Assembly (NCBI GenBank): GCA_905178155.1
Contig: CAJINV010000018.1
Span: 1,399,776-1,463,775, forward strand
Source: Amoebophrya sp. A120
Lineage: Eukaryota; Protista; Dinoflagellata
Direction of reading: 5' to 3'
Length of the DNA: 64,000 nucleotides
Made by a program: the position numbers and the translations under genes. The notes under the pieces were generated by a model, which had not been told where the DNA came from, searched no databases, and saw only the letters and a program-made list of their open reading frames with translations. The stretch's first letter is position 1; each line of letters opens with the position of its first letter. This document shows positions 12,211-24,300 of this stretch, piece after piece.

Positions 12211-13106
12211 TATCAAATGTAAAAGTGTCTGGGTCTGGAAACTTGTGATGCTGATGTCCAACATCAAGCACCACCTCGTGGTCCAACAGTTGGACGAGGT
12301 GGCTTTATTCTCGTTCCGAGCTTCGACTTGCGCCTCCTCGTTCTGTCCGATGAGGATTCGTTACTGAAGTTGAAGGAAACAGCCACTGCTTAGAGAACAC
12401 CATCGGTTTTTGGTCGTGTTTTGGAGCGATGCAGAAGTTTAGTTCTTTCAATTTGAATCAGGCAACGAACAGGATCTCGGATCAAATGAATCCAAAGTAG
12501 ATCATACAGATTGAATTTCCATCGATCCTAGTGAAGAAAGTGTTGGGCGCATTAAGGATCATGGGCGAGGGTTCATCATCGTGTTTCCGTTCTGTGAAAA
12601 TTCAAATGCATGCCTCATTTCCCGCCGCATCAGCAACAACCAGCTTCACCCGGTTCAGATCAAATTTCTTCCTTGTATGTAGTTTGGTAAAATGATCATT
12701 TGGATTTGCCCACCCGATCAACTACAGGATCTTCGCTATGATCATTTTTTGTGGATCGTCCAAATGGAAACGTTTGAAGGTGAGCAGAAACAGATAGAGA
12801 GCAATGGAATATCATCCACCACGACCACCAGGGTTGTTGACCACACGAACCGAAGAACACGCATTTTTTGCACCAGTTTTCGGAGATTCTTGGGAATTAT
12901 ACGTGAACAATTCTAGTATAACTACGAGGACTCTTATGCTTTTACTTTGATCTTCTTCTTTTTCTACCCTTTTGAGTAAATACTGCTGTTTTTTTACTTG
13001 TCGTTTTGCCCTAGTCTAATCGACTTCCGCTTTGATGTTTTGAACGATTTAGCCCTGCCAGAGGTCGTCGTTTTATAAATCTGTTTAATTCAACATCATC
13101 ACAACA

Positions 13107-14840
13107 ATGTCGGAAGCAGCTGCGCGAAGAATGGGAAGCGAGGAGGTAGCGTTTTCATCTTCGTTGCAGAAAACTGAAAATGGCACCGGCCACGTGGATC
13201 TGGAACACGGCGACGCCACGTTATTTCGGGACGAGAGCAGCACAACTGCGGCGCTGCTTGACGAAAGCAACGGGGGAAAATATGAGCAAGAAAATCATGA
13301 TGAACATGAAGGAGACCACCACTCTGGTGTTCAACATCGACGCTCCGGGCTACTTCTGACCACACTTCTTGCTAGTGCCACGGTCATTTTCGCTGCTGCT
13401 TTTGCCGTTGTTTTGGGTCTCTACGTGCAAGAAACGATCCAGGTTGAGAGGCTCACGGAGCAGGTCGCGGAACTTAGGAGCGGCGGGGGTCCGAGCGGTG
13501 CTGACGGGGGCCCGACCTGTGGCGGCCCGACTGGTGGTGGGTCCAGCGGTCCCGGGAGTACGGGGCCCAACAACGGTGGCGGTACGGGGCCCAACAACGG
13601 TGGCGGTACGGGGCCCAACAGCGGTGCCGGTACGGGGCCCAACAACGGTGGCGGTACGGGGCCCAACAACGGTAGCGGTACGGGGCCCAACAACGGTGGC
13701 GGTACGGGGCCCAACAACGGTGGCGGTACGGGGCCCAACAACGGTGGCGGTGGCGGTCCGCCCAGCGGCCGCGACCCCAACAGAGACCCGGTTCCGGTCC
13801 GGACCAACCAGTTGCCTCTGGACGTGCCGAGCGAGATGGTGGAGGTGTTCCGCGCGACTGACGCCGCCGCTGCCGGCAAGCGGGTCGCGGTGTGCATGGT
13901 CGGTGGCGTGCGAGCGTTGACTTTGCCAAATGTGTACAAGTCCATCGGAGATAACTTGCTTGGAAATTTGAAGGACACGGGCGTGGGCGTGGACCTGTTT
14001 TTCCTCGGATCCCTAACCCCCCGGGGTCATAATGGTGGAGCGGCCTCCGCGGACACGATTAGCCAGCCGGATGACCCGCGGCTGGTGGCCGGGTTGGACT
14101 ACTTGGAATCGAAAGTATCCACCTTTGCGAAGAAGCGGATCGTGCCGGATAGCACCTGCGGTGCCGTCGCAGATGTGATGGCCGACCAGGGGCGGGGTGT
14201 GAGGTCTTCTGCTCCCGGGGAAGCACCACGCTACGACGGTCCGCCCGTGCTGCCCACCTCGCTGTGCACAGACAGGCAGTTTTATAAATCAGCCTGGTTT
14301 CTGCAGATGATGTGGGTTGACGCTTGCTTTGCGGACGTGGAAAAACACGCGGAGGCGCACAACCTGACCTACGACTTGGTGGTCCGCGCCCGGCCCGATA
14401 CGGGGTTTTTCGAGCCGCTGGACTGGAACGCGGCGGCCGCGAGCCCGGAGTTTTCGGTCGCGCGAAACTTCCCCACCCTGCCGGCGAGGCCGCCGACGAG
14501 TACGAACCGCGTCTGGGACTGGTTCTTTACGGCGCCGTTCCACTATATCCCGAAGTTCCGTGCCGGGACGGTTGGGTGGTACGTAAAATACGACTCTGCC
14601 GCGAATGAGTTTCGGGACAACCTGAACGGCAAACATGGCCTACCCGACTTCGGCGCCTTCGCCAACTACTCATTCACGACCGTCGTTCGCAGGCCGTTCC
14701 CCGTCACGATCGTGCGCACGGCATCGCAGGCGCAATGTAACTTTTTCGAGGGCTACAAGAAGGAGGGCTTCGAACAAGTGGGCAGCAGACTGTTCGGTGA
14801 CTGCGAGCAGAAGCAGAGAGACGCGTACTGGGGGCTATGA
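13107..14840 (+). CDS. Type II membrane protein, paralogue 3 (long GGGTGPNN stalk)
   Basis: Intronless 577-aa ORF with the same architecture and motifs as paralogues 1 and 2. Confidence 0.85.
   Translation: MSEAAARRMGSEEVAFSSSLQKTENGTGHVDLEHGDATLFRDESSTTAALLDESNGGKYEQENHDEHEGDHHSGVQHRRSGLLLTTLLASATVIFAAAFAVVLGLYVQETIQVERLTEQVAELRSGGGPSGADGGPTCGGPTGGGSSGPGSTGPNNGGGTGPNNGGGTGPNSGAGTGPNNGGGTGPNNGSGTGPNNGGGTGPNNGGGTGPNNGGGGGPPSGRDPNRDPVPVRTNQLPLDVPSEMVEVFRATDAAAAGKRVAVCMVGGVRALTLPNVYKSIGDNLLGNLKDTGVGVDLFFLGSLTPRGHNGGAASADTISQPDDPRLVAGLDYLESKVSTFAKKRIVPDSTCGAVADVMADQGRGVRSSAPGEAPRYDGPPVLPTSLCTDRQFYKSAWFLQMMWVDACFADVEKHAEAHNLTYDLVVRARPDTGFFEPLDWNAAAASPEFSVARNFPTLPARPPTSTNRVWDWFFTAPFHYIPKFRAGTVGWYVKYDSAANEFRDNLNGKHGLPDFGAFANYSFTTVVRRPFPVTIVRTASQAQCNFFEGYKKEGFEQVGSRLFGDCEQKQRDAYWGL
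13560..13751 (+). repeat. 24-bp coding tandem repeat x8 (TGPNNGGG)
   Basis: ACGGGGCCCAACAACGGTGGCGGT units; 2 copies in paralogue 1 and none in paralogue 2. Confidence 0.95.
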
Positions 14841-16759
14841 TGACAGAGCCGCAGACTGTTTTGTGATCTTTTCGGGCCGGGGAAACAACCACGAACCACC
14901 TCTGCTGGTTATACGACGGAGAAATTGTTCCGGACTGTTCATCGATTGCACCACTTGCACTACGTTCGAATTTCTACAGAGATTATAAGACTGCAATGAA
15001 CAACTACGCGAGCACGTACGTTGAATGTATGATATATGAGCATATAAGTTTTGCGTGTAAGATAGATTTCTAGCACATTTTCGCGGCGCACGAACCCCAG
15101 CGCAGCTTTCATTGCCCCGTGTAGAATTTTTTTTATCTGGCGCGAGAAGTAGGCCGCAACCCCCGACCACGACGAAGAAGCCTGCGCTATATGAAATGAA
15201 AAATTTTGAAACCCAGATTCTCCATTCGTTTTTCGTGACTTTACAACTAGGAAGATAAGTAGAGTATATTTTTTGAAGATGCAGAAGAGGAAGAACCCTA
15301 AATCCTAAACCCCATAGTAAGAATCTTCGCTAGCCACATGAGATGAAATGGAAAGCTAGCCTCCACATGAGAGAAGGTGAAGGACAACTTCGGTAGCCAC
15401 AAAGTAGAACTATTGAAATAGCGCTAGCCGCATGAGATGAAAGAAAACCTTTCAAGCGGTTCCATGTGACCATCCTAACAAACAACAACAGCTTCAACTT
15501 CACACTGCTAAACTAGAGCGGGAAATGGGCTATTGATTTTTAATTACTCGTACATTCAGACAAGTACAAGTTGGGAGCTAAAGATCATACTGAGAGAGAT
15601 ACGAAACTTTTTCTAAGCCCTGGAACATTTTGATGCCGTCCCCGGGCACGGAAAGAAAGAAAGCCTGCGCTAGGTACTTAAGTAATTAAATGCTTTTTGC
15701 AAGATCGCGCTTTTTCTTTTGATACGAAATTCAGGCAGCAGGATAGCGCGCTAGCCTGCAGAAGTCGCGATCTGCGCGAGGAGCATAGCGTGCCTGTTTT
15801 TTTCTTGCAGTGTGTGGTGGTACAGTAAACCTAAACCGAGGTGGAGCACCGAAAGGGCGAGGACACGAATTGTAGCAGCGAAAGTCGTTTTTGATGACCC
15901 CGGTGGTGCTAGAAGCAGAAACAACGAAAAGAAAGAGCTTGCTGGTTTGGCGCTCCAAGCTGCACCCCCAGTCTAGAAATGCGGCGGTTGTTTTAGAAGT
16001 TGCTCTAGTTCGCTGTAGTTCTCAACAGCTTCGAGTTGTTCGACTTGCGCTTCGTCGTTCTTGATTTTTGTGCCCTTCTAGAAATCTTCGTGGCTGAAGC
16101 TAAATGAAGCCATCGCATGTTCGCGTTTTTCATCTTGAATCGATAAGAAATAAGTGACCGCTTTTGGTACAGTACAGAGTTGTGAACAAAACGACCGTTT
16201 TCGATTGTGTTTTGGAGCGAGGCAGAAGTGCAGTTGTTGTTTCAAATGGCCCAACGGACAAAGTATACACAAAACTGTGGCAAAGTTGTAGCAGGTTTGA
16301 CTATCGATGGACGGTTGTTCGCCAACCCCCAATGACGGCCTATTTATTGAGTCTTTTTTTTCTTTTATGTCTCGTCGCTTTTCGCAAAAGGCTGTCTAGA
16401 AAAAGTGTTGGAGGAGTCGGCCGCAAGAAGTTTGTTGGAGGAGTCGGCCGAAGCTGGACGACAAGAACTTCGAGGCCTATTCCAAGAAGCTGGAGGAATG
16501 GGAAAGCGCGCTCACCAAGATCACGGACCGCAAGGCGGCGCAGAGCCGCGGAATCATCAAAGCCGCGAAGGCCAACGGCAAGTAGGTCAGTGCACTCCGC
16601 TGCCAAACGTCGGGCTTTTGCTTGTAACCCACGCGCGCAGGCAGACAGACCCTTATACTTTACCTGCAAAGAGCTAGAGCAAGGGCCTCGCCGTCCTTTT
16701 TTCGCATCAATCTTTTCACTGTGGGTGAGCGTCCAGCTCCTAGGGGGGCCTGAGCGTCC

Positions 16760-17130
16760 GGCTTCTCGTAGCCGGAGAAGCTGGCCTTCCAGCTTCTCGT
16801 AGACCCAGGGAAGCTGGACTGTCAGCTTCTCGTAGAGCCGGGGAAGCCGGACTTTCAGCTTCTCGTAGAGCCGGGGAAGCTGGACTTTGTTTCAGCTTGT
16901 CGTAGAGCCGGGGAAGCTGGGCTTCCAGCTTCTCGTAGAGCCGGGGAAGCTGGGCTTCCAGCTATTCGTAGAGCCGGGGAAGCTGGGCTTCCAGCTTCTC
17001 GTACAGCCGGGGCAGCTGGACTTCCAGCTTCTCGTAGAGCCGGGGCAGCTGGACTTCCAGCTTCTCGTAGAGCCGGGGAAGCTGAGCTGCCGGCTTCTCG
17101 CAACCAGGGAAGCTGGACTGCCAGCTGCTC
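16760..17130. repeat. 33-bp minisatellite
   Basis: CAGCTTCTCGTAGAGCCGGGGAAGCTGGGCTTC, about 10 copies; followed by TCTAGA-rich repeats; block bounded by ~52-bp direct repeats at 16381 and 17648. Confidence 0.9.
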
Positions 17131-18360
17131 GGAGCAGGAGTGCTGGCGTTTCGGCTGCCAGAATCTAGAAGCTAGATTTCTAGATTTCTAGAACCTAGAA
17201 ATCTAGATTTCCAGACTTCTAGATTTCTAGATTTCTAGAAATCTTGGCCGCCAAAGTCTAGAAATCTAGAGGCTACGGAACCCAGAACCGCTATCCCAAT
17301 AGACGTTCTGGGGTCAGAAGCTCTATTGCAATAGACGTTCTGACTCCAGAACCTCTATTGTGATAGAGGTTCTGGGTCCAGAAGGTACGAGATAGAGCTT
17401 CTCAAGCTAGAAAATGTCAAGAAACAGTGGAAAGATTAGAAAAAAAAACAAAACAATCAAAGAGCAACAAAATCAGTAAGAAAAATAAAGAAAAAAAGAA
17501 AAAAGAAAGATTCTAGAAAATCTAGAAAAAGCTTAGAAATCTAGAAAACCTAGAACATCTATGGAGAAGTTAGAAAATGGCCGAGAACCTCTATCAATAG
17601 AGGTTCTTATAGAAGTTCTTGAATATTTTAACTTAAGTGACCCTTATTTCGCAAAAGGCTGTCTACAAAAAGTGTTGGAGGAGTCGGCCGCAAGAAGTTT
17701 TGCTTACCTTCGCAAAGGAATTTCTTGGCGAAATGAAAATTTAGGCCTGCATATAATTGCGCTACATGCTACAGCTGCTCTGAACATAATCAATCTTGCT
17801 GAAATAAGTTGTGCAGAAAATTTATTGTAGAACAATGCGGAATGAAAACCAAAACAACATGAAGCAGTGATGACCTCCGTCGAGGACCTCGTGGTGTGGA
17901 AAGTGAAGGTTTCAGTTCTTTCTTGTGGAGGTTGACAAAAAAGCTGCACTGCGCCGTCGAATGTGGATCTCGCGAACCACAGCAGGAATTTCTACGTACC
18001 GGAAATCAAGTGACTTACAAGTATGGTGCGCCGGGCAGTTTCGCAGGAGGGCGTGGCTGTTTCACGTGGTATAGGTTCACAGCGATCGACGGAGCTAGCA
18101 GGACCTCCGACAGCACCTCTCATTTCGCCTGCTGTCCGAAGCGGACGGTGTTCATTTGTTGCGGCTATCATAAGGGCTAGTACTCCTGCTCCTGCAGCAT
18201 CGCAAAAATGATCGGTCGAGGTTCACAAGGAAATAAAGCGTGGTGTAGTTGTTGAGATACACACGTCGCGGACGAGAAGTTCACGAGCTCCTCGGTGCCA
18301 CCAGGTGCTGTCTTCACCCCCGCAGCCGCTCTTCATCTCGTTCCACGGACCTTGCTTGCC

Positions 18361-21300
18361 ATGGCAGCAGCTTCTAGCAGCAACAATAACATCAATAATC
18401 TAGTACAACTTCCCGCTGGTGTTGCTGGTACTACTACGTCCTCTTCCAGCACGATGGCTACTGCTCGCGCGGAGCTCGGGCTACTCTCCTTTCCGCCGGA
18501 CGCCGCCTTCCCGATTGCACGCATTCACACGTTGAGGCGCCATGGGTCGCAGGTTTGCGTGCTGGGGCAGAATATGCGTTGCAAATATGTCTGGGTCTGC
18601 AAAGTTGGAACTTGTGATGCTGCATTTGGATTCTGCAAAAATCTGTATTCCATGAACAGCAAAAGAGGTCCAGTTTTTGCCACGGCTAGAGGGCAACATT
18701 TCTCATGCGGTATAGGCATCAGGAAGCTCTCGCTAAATCTGTGATGCTAGGGCATGCATCACAGACAGTAGGAGTCATGCAAAATTTGCATGACAACGAC
18801 AGGCATCCTTCCAGACCCAGACATATTTGCATTTTATACAGAACGAGCTCGCTGTGTGCTCGATCACCGGCGGGAGTGGTGGTTGTGGGCCATCAAACAG
18901 CACCGGTCGGCAGCCGGCTGGAGCTCCTGCAGGCGGTCCGCCTCTTCGCGACCAGCAATCGCACTTATACCCCTTCAAAAATAACGCTGTAGCAGCTGGA
19001 ACAAATGATCTTGCAGGAGAAAACACGACCGGAGTGCTGCTTGGAGGACTGAGAAACTTCCAAGTCGGCGGCTCCTCCTCGTCTTCGTCTTTGTCCTATC
19101 GAAGTGGTCTTGGCGGCAAAGCAAACCAGAACCAATATCCTGAGGAAAAACCACGTCCCCACGCCCCGTAGTCAAGATGGGGAATGATCCGCTACACAAA
19201 TCCGCAAGTTCTTTCGGCTTTCGAGCATGACAAGTTTGGCCCCGTAGTGTAGTCCTGTTTAGCTCTAGCGCAGCGTCGATCGCATTATAAATCGACAGCT
19301 TTATCCTGATTCCAGCGTGACAAGCTCCCAGATTACAGCACTATAAAATGGTCCTCGTGGGGCTGCGCATGCGAAACATAATATGCTTGCAGCTTTGGAT
19401 GAAAAGTCGGATGGGGAAGTTTTATTTCCCCGGGATAAAAACCAAGCCGCGAAGCACGAGCCGGAAGCTTTGTCCGTGGACTTATCAATCGGAAATATCC
19501 CTGAATGTCAGGAAGGTTGCAACTTCTGATGCGGATTCTGGAATAGGCAAAAATTTGCATTGCGACGTGAGATGCGCCAAAACAAACTGGCCACTTCTTG
19601 CTATGCAAATAGGGAATTTCATCTCATGCGGATTTTTAGGCAGCATCAAGAGGCCTCCTCCTGCGCAAAACCTGTATAAGTGCTTTTGCGCGCAATAGAG
19701 ACCAGTCGCGTGATCCAAAAGATACATGTACAAAAAACTCCTGCATTCACCAACCAGACTGAGAGATATTATCTGCAAAAGTGCATAGGACTTTATTCTC
19801 CACGATTTCGCTGTGGACACGGTGACGTGGGAGCCGAGCGGCAAGTTTCTGTTCTGCGGCGACTCGGCGGGCAAGATGCACTGCATCCACGTTGCATCGA
19901 AAGCGGTGATTTGGCAGCAACCGGTGGGCGGGGGAGGAGGTGCAGGAGGGGAGCAGGAAGGCGACATTGGGATGAATCCGAATAGTGCAGCAGCAACTTC
20001 TTCTTCTAGCGGATTCCTGGACATCCAGTGTCACAGAGCCTCTGTTCATCCTGCCGATCTTCCTACGATAAACGCTAGTCATACTAGTAGTGCAGGAGCC
20101 ATGGAGGTGGAGGGAGCTCCTAGTACAAATTCTGTTGATCAATCGTCAAACAAGAAGGACGTCGGTGCTGGAAATAAAGAGCAGGACCACAGCAACACAT
20201 CATCAAGTTGTGCTGGCGGGAACAAGTTTACGCTGTCTTTTTTGCTGCGGTCAAATTCCTTGTGCTGCTTCAACGATTTGGACTTCTCCGAACTGGATCT
20301 CGCTTTGGAAACCGCGCAACCGGAAAAGGCGAAGCAGGCGGTATTACATACAGTTTATTTACGGTCTATTTTGGTTCTAGTACAAGAAAATTTGCAGGGA
20401 AACATCTTCACCAATAGGATGGATGGGTTTATAATTTTTACGCATGTGTAGCTGGTTCTGGTAGCTGGAACAAAAACCCCTTCTTCGCTAAAAGTTTATT
20501 GCTACTCGCGCTGCCGTGTTGGATGGGTGCTAGTAACTCACTGTCAAAAACAAAAGATAAAATCCAAGTGTCAACAAGTACCTTCCCATGCTAGGTTTCT
20601 GCGCTCCACGCGAAAATGCGGAAGACGCAAGTGAAGATTCCGAACGCGCGGCAGTACTCCATCTATGAAATGCAAAAATGTCAGGGTCTGGAAGATTGCC
20701 AGGTTTGTCATGCAGGTTTTATATGGCTCATATGGTTTAGAATGCAGCACCCAGCATGACAAATTCTTTAAGACCTCCATCATGCCCGTCCTGCATGAGA
20801 AATTCCCTCTCAAGTTGGTAAAAAAGCACGGCTGTTGGTAATCACGCAACACAGATTTTCTGCATGATGCAGATTTGGCATGACAAGTTGTGACCTTCCA
20901 GACCCAGACATTTTTGCATTTGATACCATCGTGGAAAACGCGATCGAAAATTCCGCCGACCTCTTCGCAGTCTCGGATTCCGTATCAAATGCAAAAATGT
21001 CTGGGTCTGGAAGGTTGGGACTTGTGATGCTAACTTTGGACTCTAGAAAATTTTGTATTGCGTGACCAGCAAGAGGAGTCTAGTTTGTGCTACGCGGGGA
21101 GGGCGTTTGTCATGCAGGGTAGGCATCAGGAAGCCCTCTCAAAATCTGTGATGCTAGGTGGTGCATTACAGACATCCTGGGTCATGCAAAATATGCATTA
21201 CAAGTCTCAGAATCTTCCAGACCCAGACACTTTTGCATTTGATATTCCGCATTGCTGGCGTACACGAGTTCCGGGCCTTCGCATAATTCATCCAGAACTA

Positions 21301-24300
21301 CACTTATCCTGAGTAAAACCGTACCCACACCAGAGTTGTAATGCAGATTTGCAAAGACAGGAAGACTTGTAATGCGCATCCCCATGAGAGCCATTCCCAA
21401 TCGTGTTTTGGAATTTGTGATGCTGTGAACAGGATGAGGAGGTGGATTTGTTATGCGGCTTCCCTTGCTAAACTGCACTACAATACAGCCTGCAACCTGT
21501 CATGCGTGACTCCCAAAACTCCTCGGTTTGTGTTGCAAAATCTCCATCCTGACCGTTTTTACTCAGGATAACTACACTATACACGACTTCTAGTAGTACC
21601 TCCTCGAGGTCCGGCTTCCACTTTCGCGACAGCGTCCCAATTCGTGCGGAGCCAGTTCTGATTCGGGTGTTCGAGGCGGGGGAGGTCGTCGGGATTCAAT
21701 CCGCCGTGCTAGTGATCTGCTATCCGACGTGCGTCGAGGTCTACGACGCGAAGGCGCTGTTGTTGCTCTCCCGCTGGCAGACCAAGGAACGGATACGCGC
21801 CGCAAGCGTGGTGCCGGAACTAGGTACAGGATCGATTGGTTGTTTATTCATATAGGAATGCCGTTCTAAGTTCTTTCGACGCTTCTTCTTTTTGTAAGGT
21901 CGTACTGTGCACCTGCATCGCAAAGCAGAACAGGTGAAAAAATCCGAAAAGTACATCAAAACAGCCGCTATCACGATTTTGACGGACAAGATGGAGCTGC
22001 GTCGGATGACGAATGGCGAAGTTTTTTACACGTCCGCCGCTGAGGCGGAAGCAGGGCAGCGAGCAGAACTCCTGAATAAAGGAACTACTATGCAGGCGAA
22101 AAAATCTTCCCCAGTAAAGAGCGCGGCCAAGAACTTGGAAAACTTTCTCACGTGTTCCGGCCTCTTCGTAGCGACGGACGACTCGGTTTCGGTTCTGATC
22201 GAGCAACCGAAGGCGAGCGATTTGACTCTGCAGAACAGCCTGGAGAACGATTTTGAGAACAGTTTGCTGCAGCAGAACCTGTCCATTTCGCAACTGCGCC
22301 GGCAGATGGAGATCGCGATCGAGCGGTCCATTACCGGGGAGCTGCACCTGCAAGTGTCCCTGATCGTGAACCTGGCGAAAAAGATGTCCACGCAAATCCC
22401 GAGCTTTGTGGCGAACTCTGCGTTGAGGTGCGTCTTGCAGTCGATCAAGGAGACAAGGCAGCTGCTGACCGAGGTCGTCGCACTGTTGGAAAGCAGCAGC
22501 AACAGCACAAGCAAGGCCTACGACCTGAAGCGCGGGCTGCAGACGATAACCGAGGCGTTGGCGCGACTCGCAACCTTCGAGCAATTGGGGGAATTGCGCC
22601 AGATTCTGGACAGTTTGTCGATCGGAAAGACCGCGCAGCGCGCGAGCTTGTCCGGGAGCCGAGGGGGGAACAAGGGCGGCCTGTGCGTGGGCGCGGCGAA
22701 ACTGAAGGAACTGGGCATGATTTGGAACAAAAACGCGGATCGCTTAAGCTTCGGCAGCCGCCAGAAAATGCTGCAGAACCAAAACAACAACAATAGTAAC
22801 GGTGCTGCAACAGGGTCACTCTCACTAAACGATGGAAGTGCATCAACTAGCACCAACTGGAACCCGGCGATTTGGCAGCAATTTCGGCTGACCTCGCTGC
22901 CGCAGCTGTGTATCCAGCTCGCCCAAGCGGAGAGGATTTCCGACATGCTGACGATTTTCGCGCGGCACGGCACGAAGTTCACCCAACAAGAGGTGATGCA
23001 GTTGCTCGAGGCAATCCCCTTTTGCTCCCTCGCGGAGGACGAAGCGAGGCTGCCCGATTGGGTGGGGTCGCAAGTGTTACCCTTGTTGTCGCACGCGACC
23101 GAGAAGCACGACGCGCGCAGGCGACTGGTGAACTGGCTGACGAGCCGCGCGCTGGACCTGGAGCAGGCGAAGGGGTGCGACAAGGCGTTGCAGTTGCTGA
23201 AAGCGGTCCTGACCCCCCACAACCGCATGCTGTTTCCCGACGCTTTTGTCTGTCGCGCGAACTTGTGGGCCGGGGTGGCGTTGCACCACAAGCAGCAGGT
23301 CCGGGGGTGCAACAAGAACGAGGAGAAGCTGCGGCGGTTGTTTCAGGAATTATCCGAGATGATCGTTTTGCGCGATCTGCACTGCTTCCCCCTGCGGTTG
23401 AGGGATTTGCAACAACTCTCCCACACGGACATTGTCTCCAAATTCCTGCAGCGGGTTATCGAAAGGAAAAATCACCCCTCCCCATATCAAAACGAAATTT
23501 CTGAGGCTGGATTTGTGTACACAAATGCTGTCTTGCTGGAGAGCACTGCAGGCCCATACTAAGTGTGAGCAGCGAGGTTTTGAGCTAGGCACTTAGCATG
23601 AAAAACATCCGCACTGTAGGCCCAACGGCATGACAAACCGCCTGCACAATAGGCGGAGCCTGCGAGGTTGCCTTCTTGCAAGACAGACACGATTTGTGAC
23701 CACAGACCAGCGTCGCAAATTTCCAAAAAACCTTTGCAGTATGGGGAGGGGGGATTTTTCCTTACTATACGGATCGGCGCCGCGGCGTTGCTGAAGGACG
23801 AGATTCTGTTTCACGTCAAAAGCTACTGCGAGCGGCACGAGCTGGATTTGGACACGGTGCTGTTCGACTACGTAAGGACAAACCTCGTGACTTCTTCTGG
23901 CACTCCCGAGGGCGGCAGGTATCAGGACAATAACTTCCAGCTCGGGACGGGCTTCGGTGCAGCGAAGCAAAACACAGCAGCGGGATATCAAGTGCAAAAA
24001 TGGTCGGGTCTGGAAGAATTCATGTTTGTCATGCTTGTCTGGCATGACTCTTAAATCTGTCATGCACGTTACCCAAGAGATCCGTTTTTCTGTGATCCAG
24101 AAGCGCAGTTTGGCATGCAGAATATGCAACACCTAGGAGCTCAGAAACTTGTCATGCTAAGCCAGTATTTGTAGCATCATGATGAGACGCCACCCAGCGT
24201 CACAAGTTTCCAGACCCAGACGCTTTTGTTTTTGATACGGGAGCAAGTAGTGCAACATCAGGCAACAACCCTGCGGAGAACGGCCGGAAATTGGAGCGGG

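Noticed and set aside
15294-15313. Interstitial telomeric repeat (AACCCTAAATCCTAAACCC)
   Set aside because: Fewer than three imperfect units.
16760-17130. CRISPR-like array or repeat protein ORFs (16855-17103, 16887-17168)
   Set aside because: The units are contiguous 33-bp tandem copies with no unique spacers and no cas genes; the ORFs are by-products of the minisatellite.
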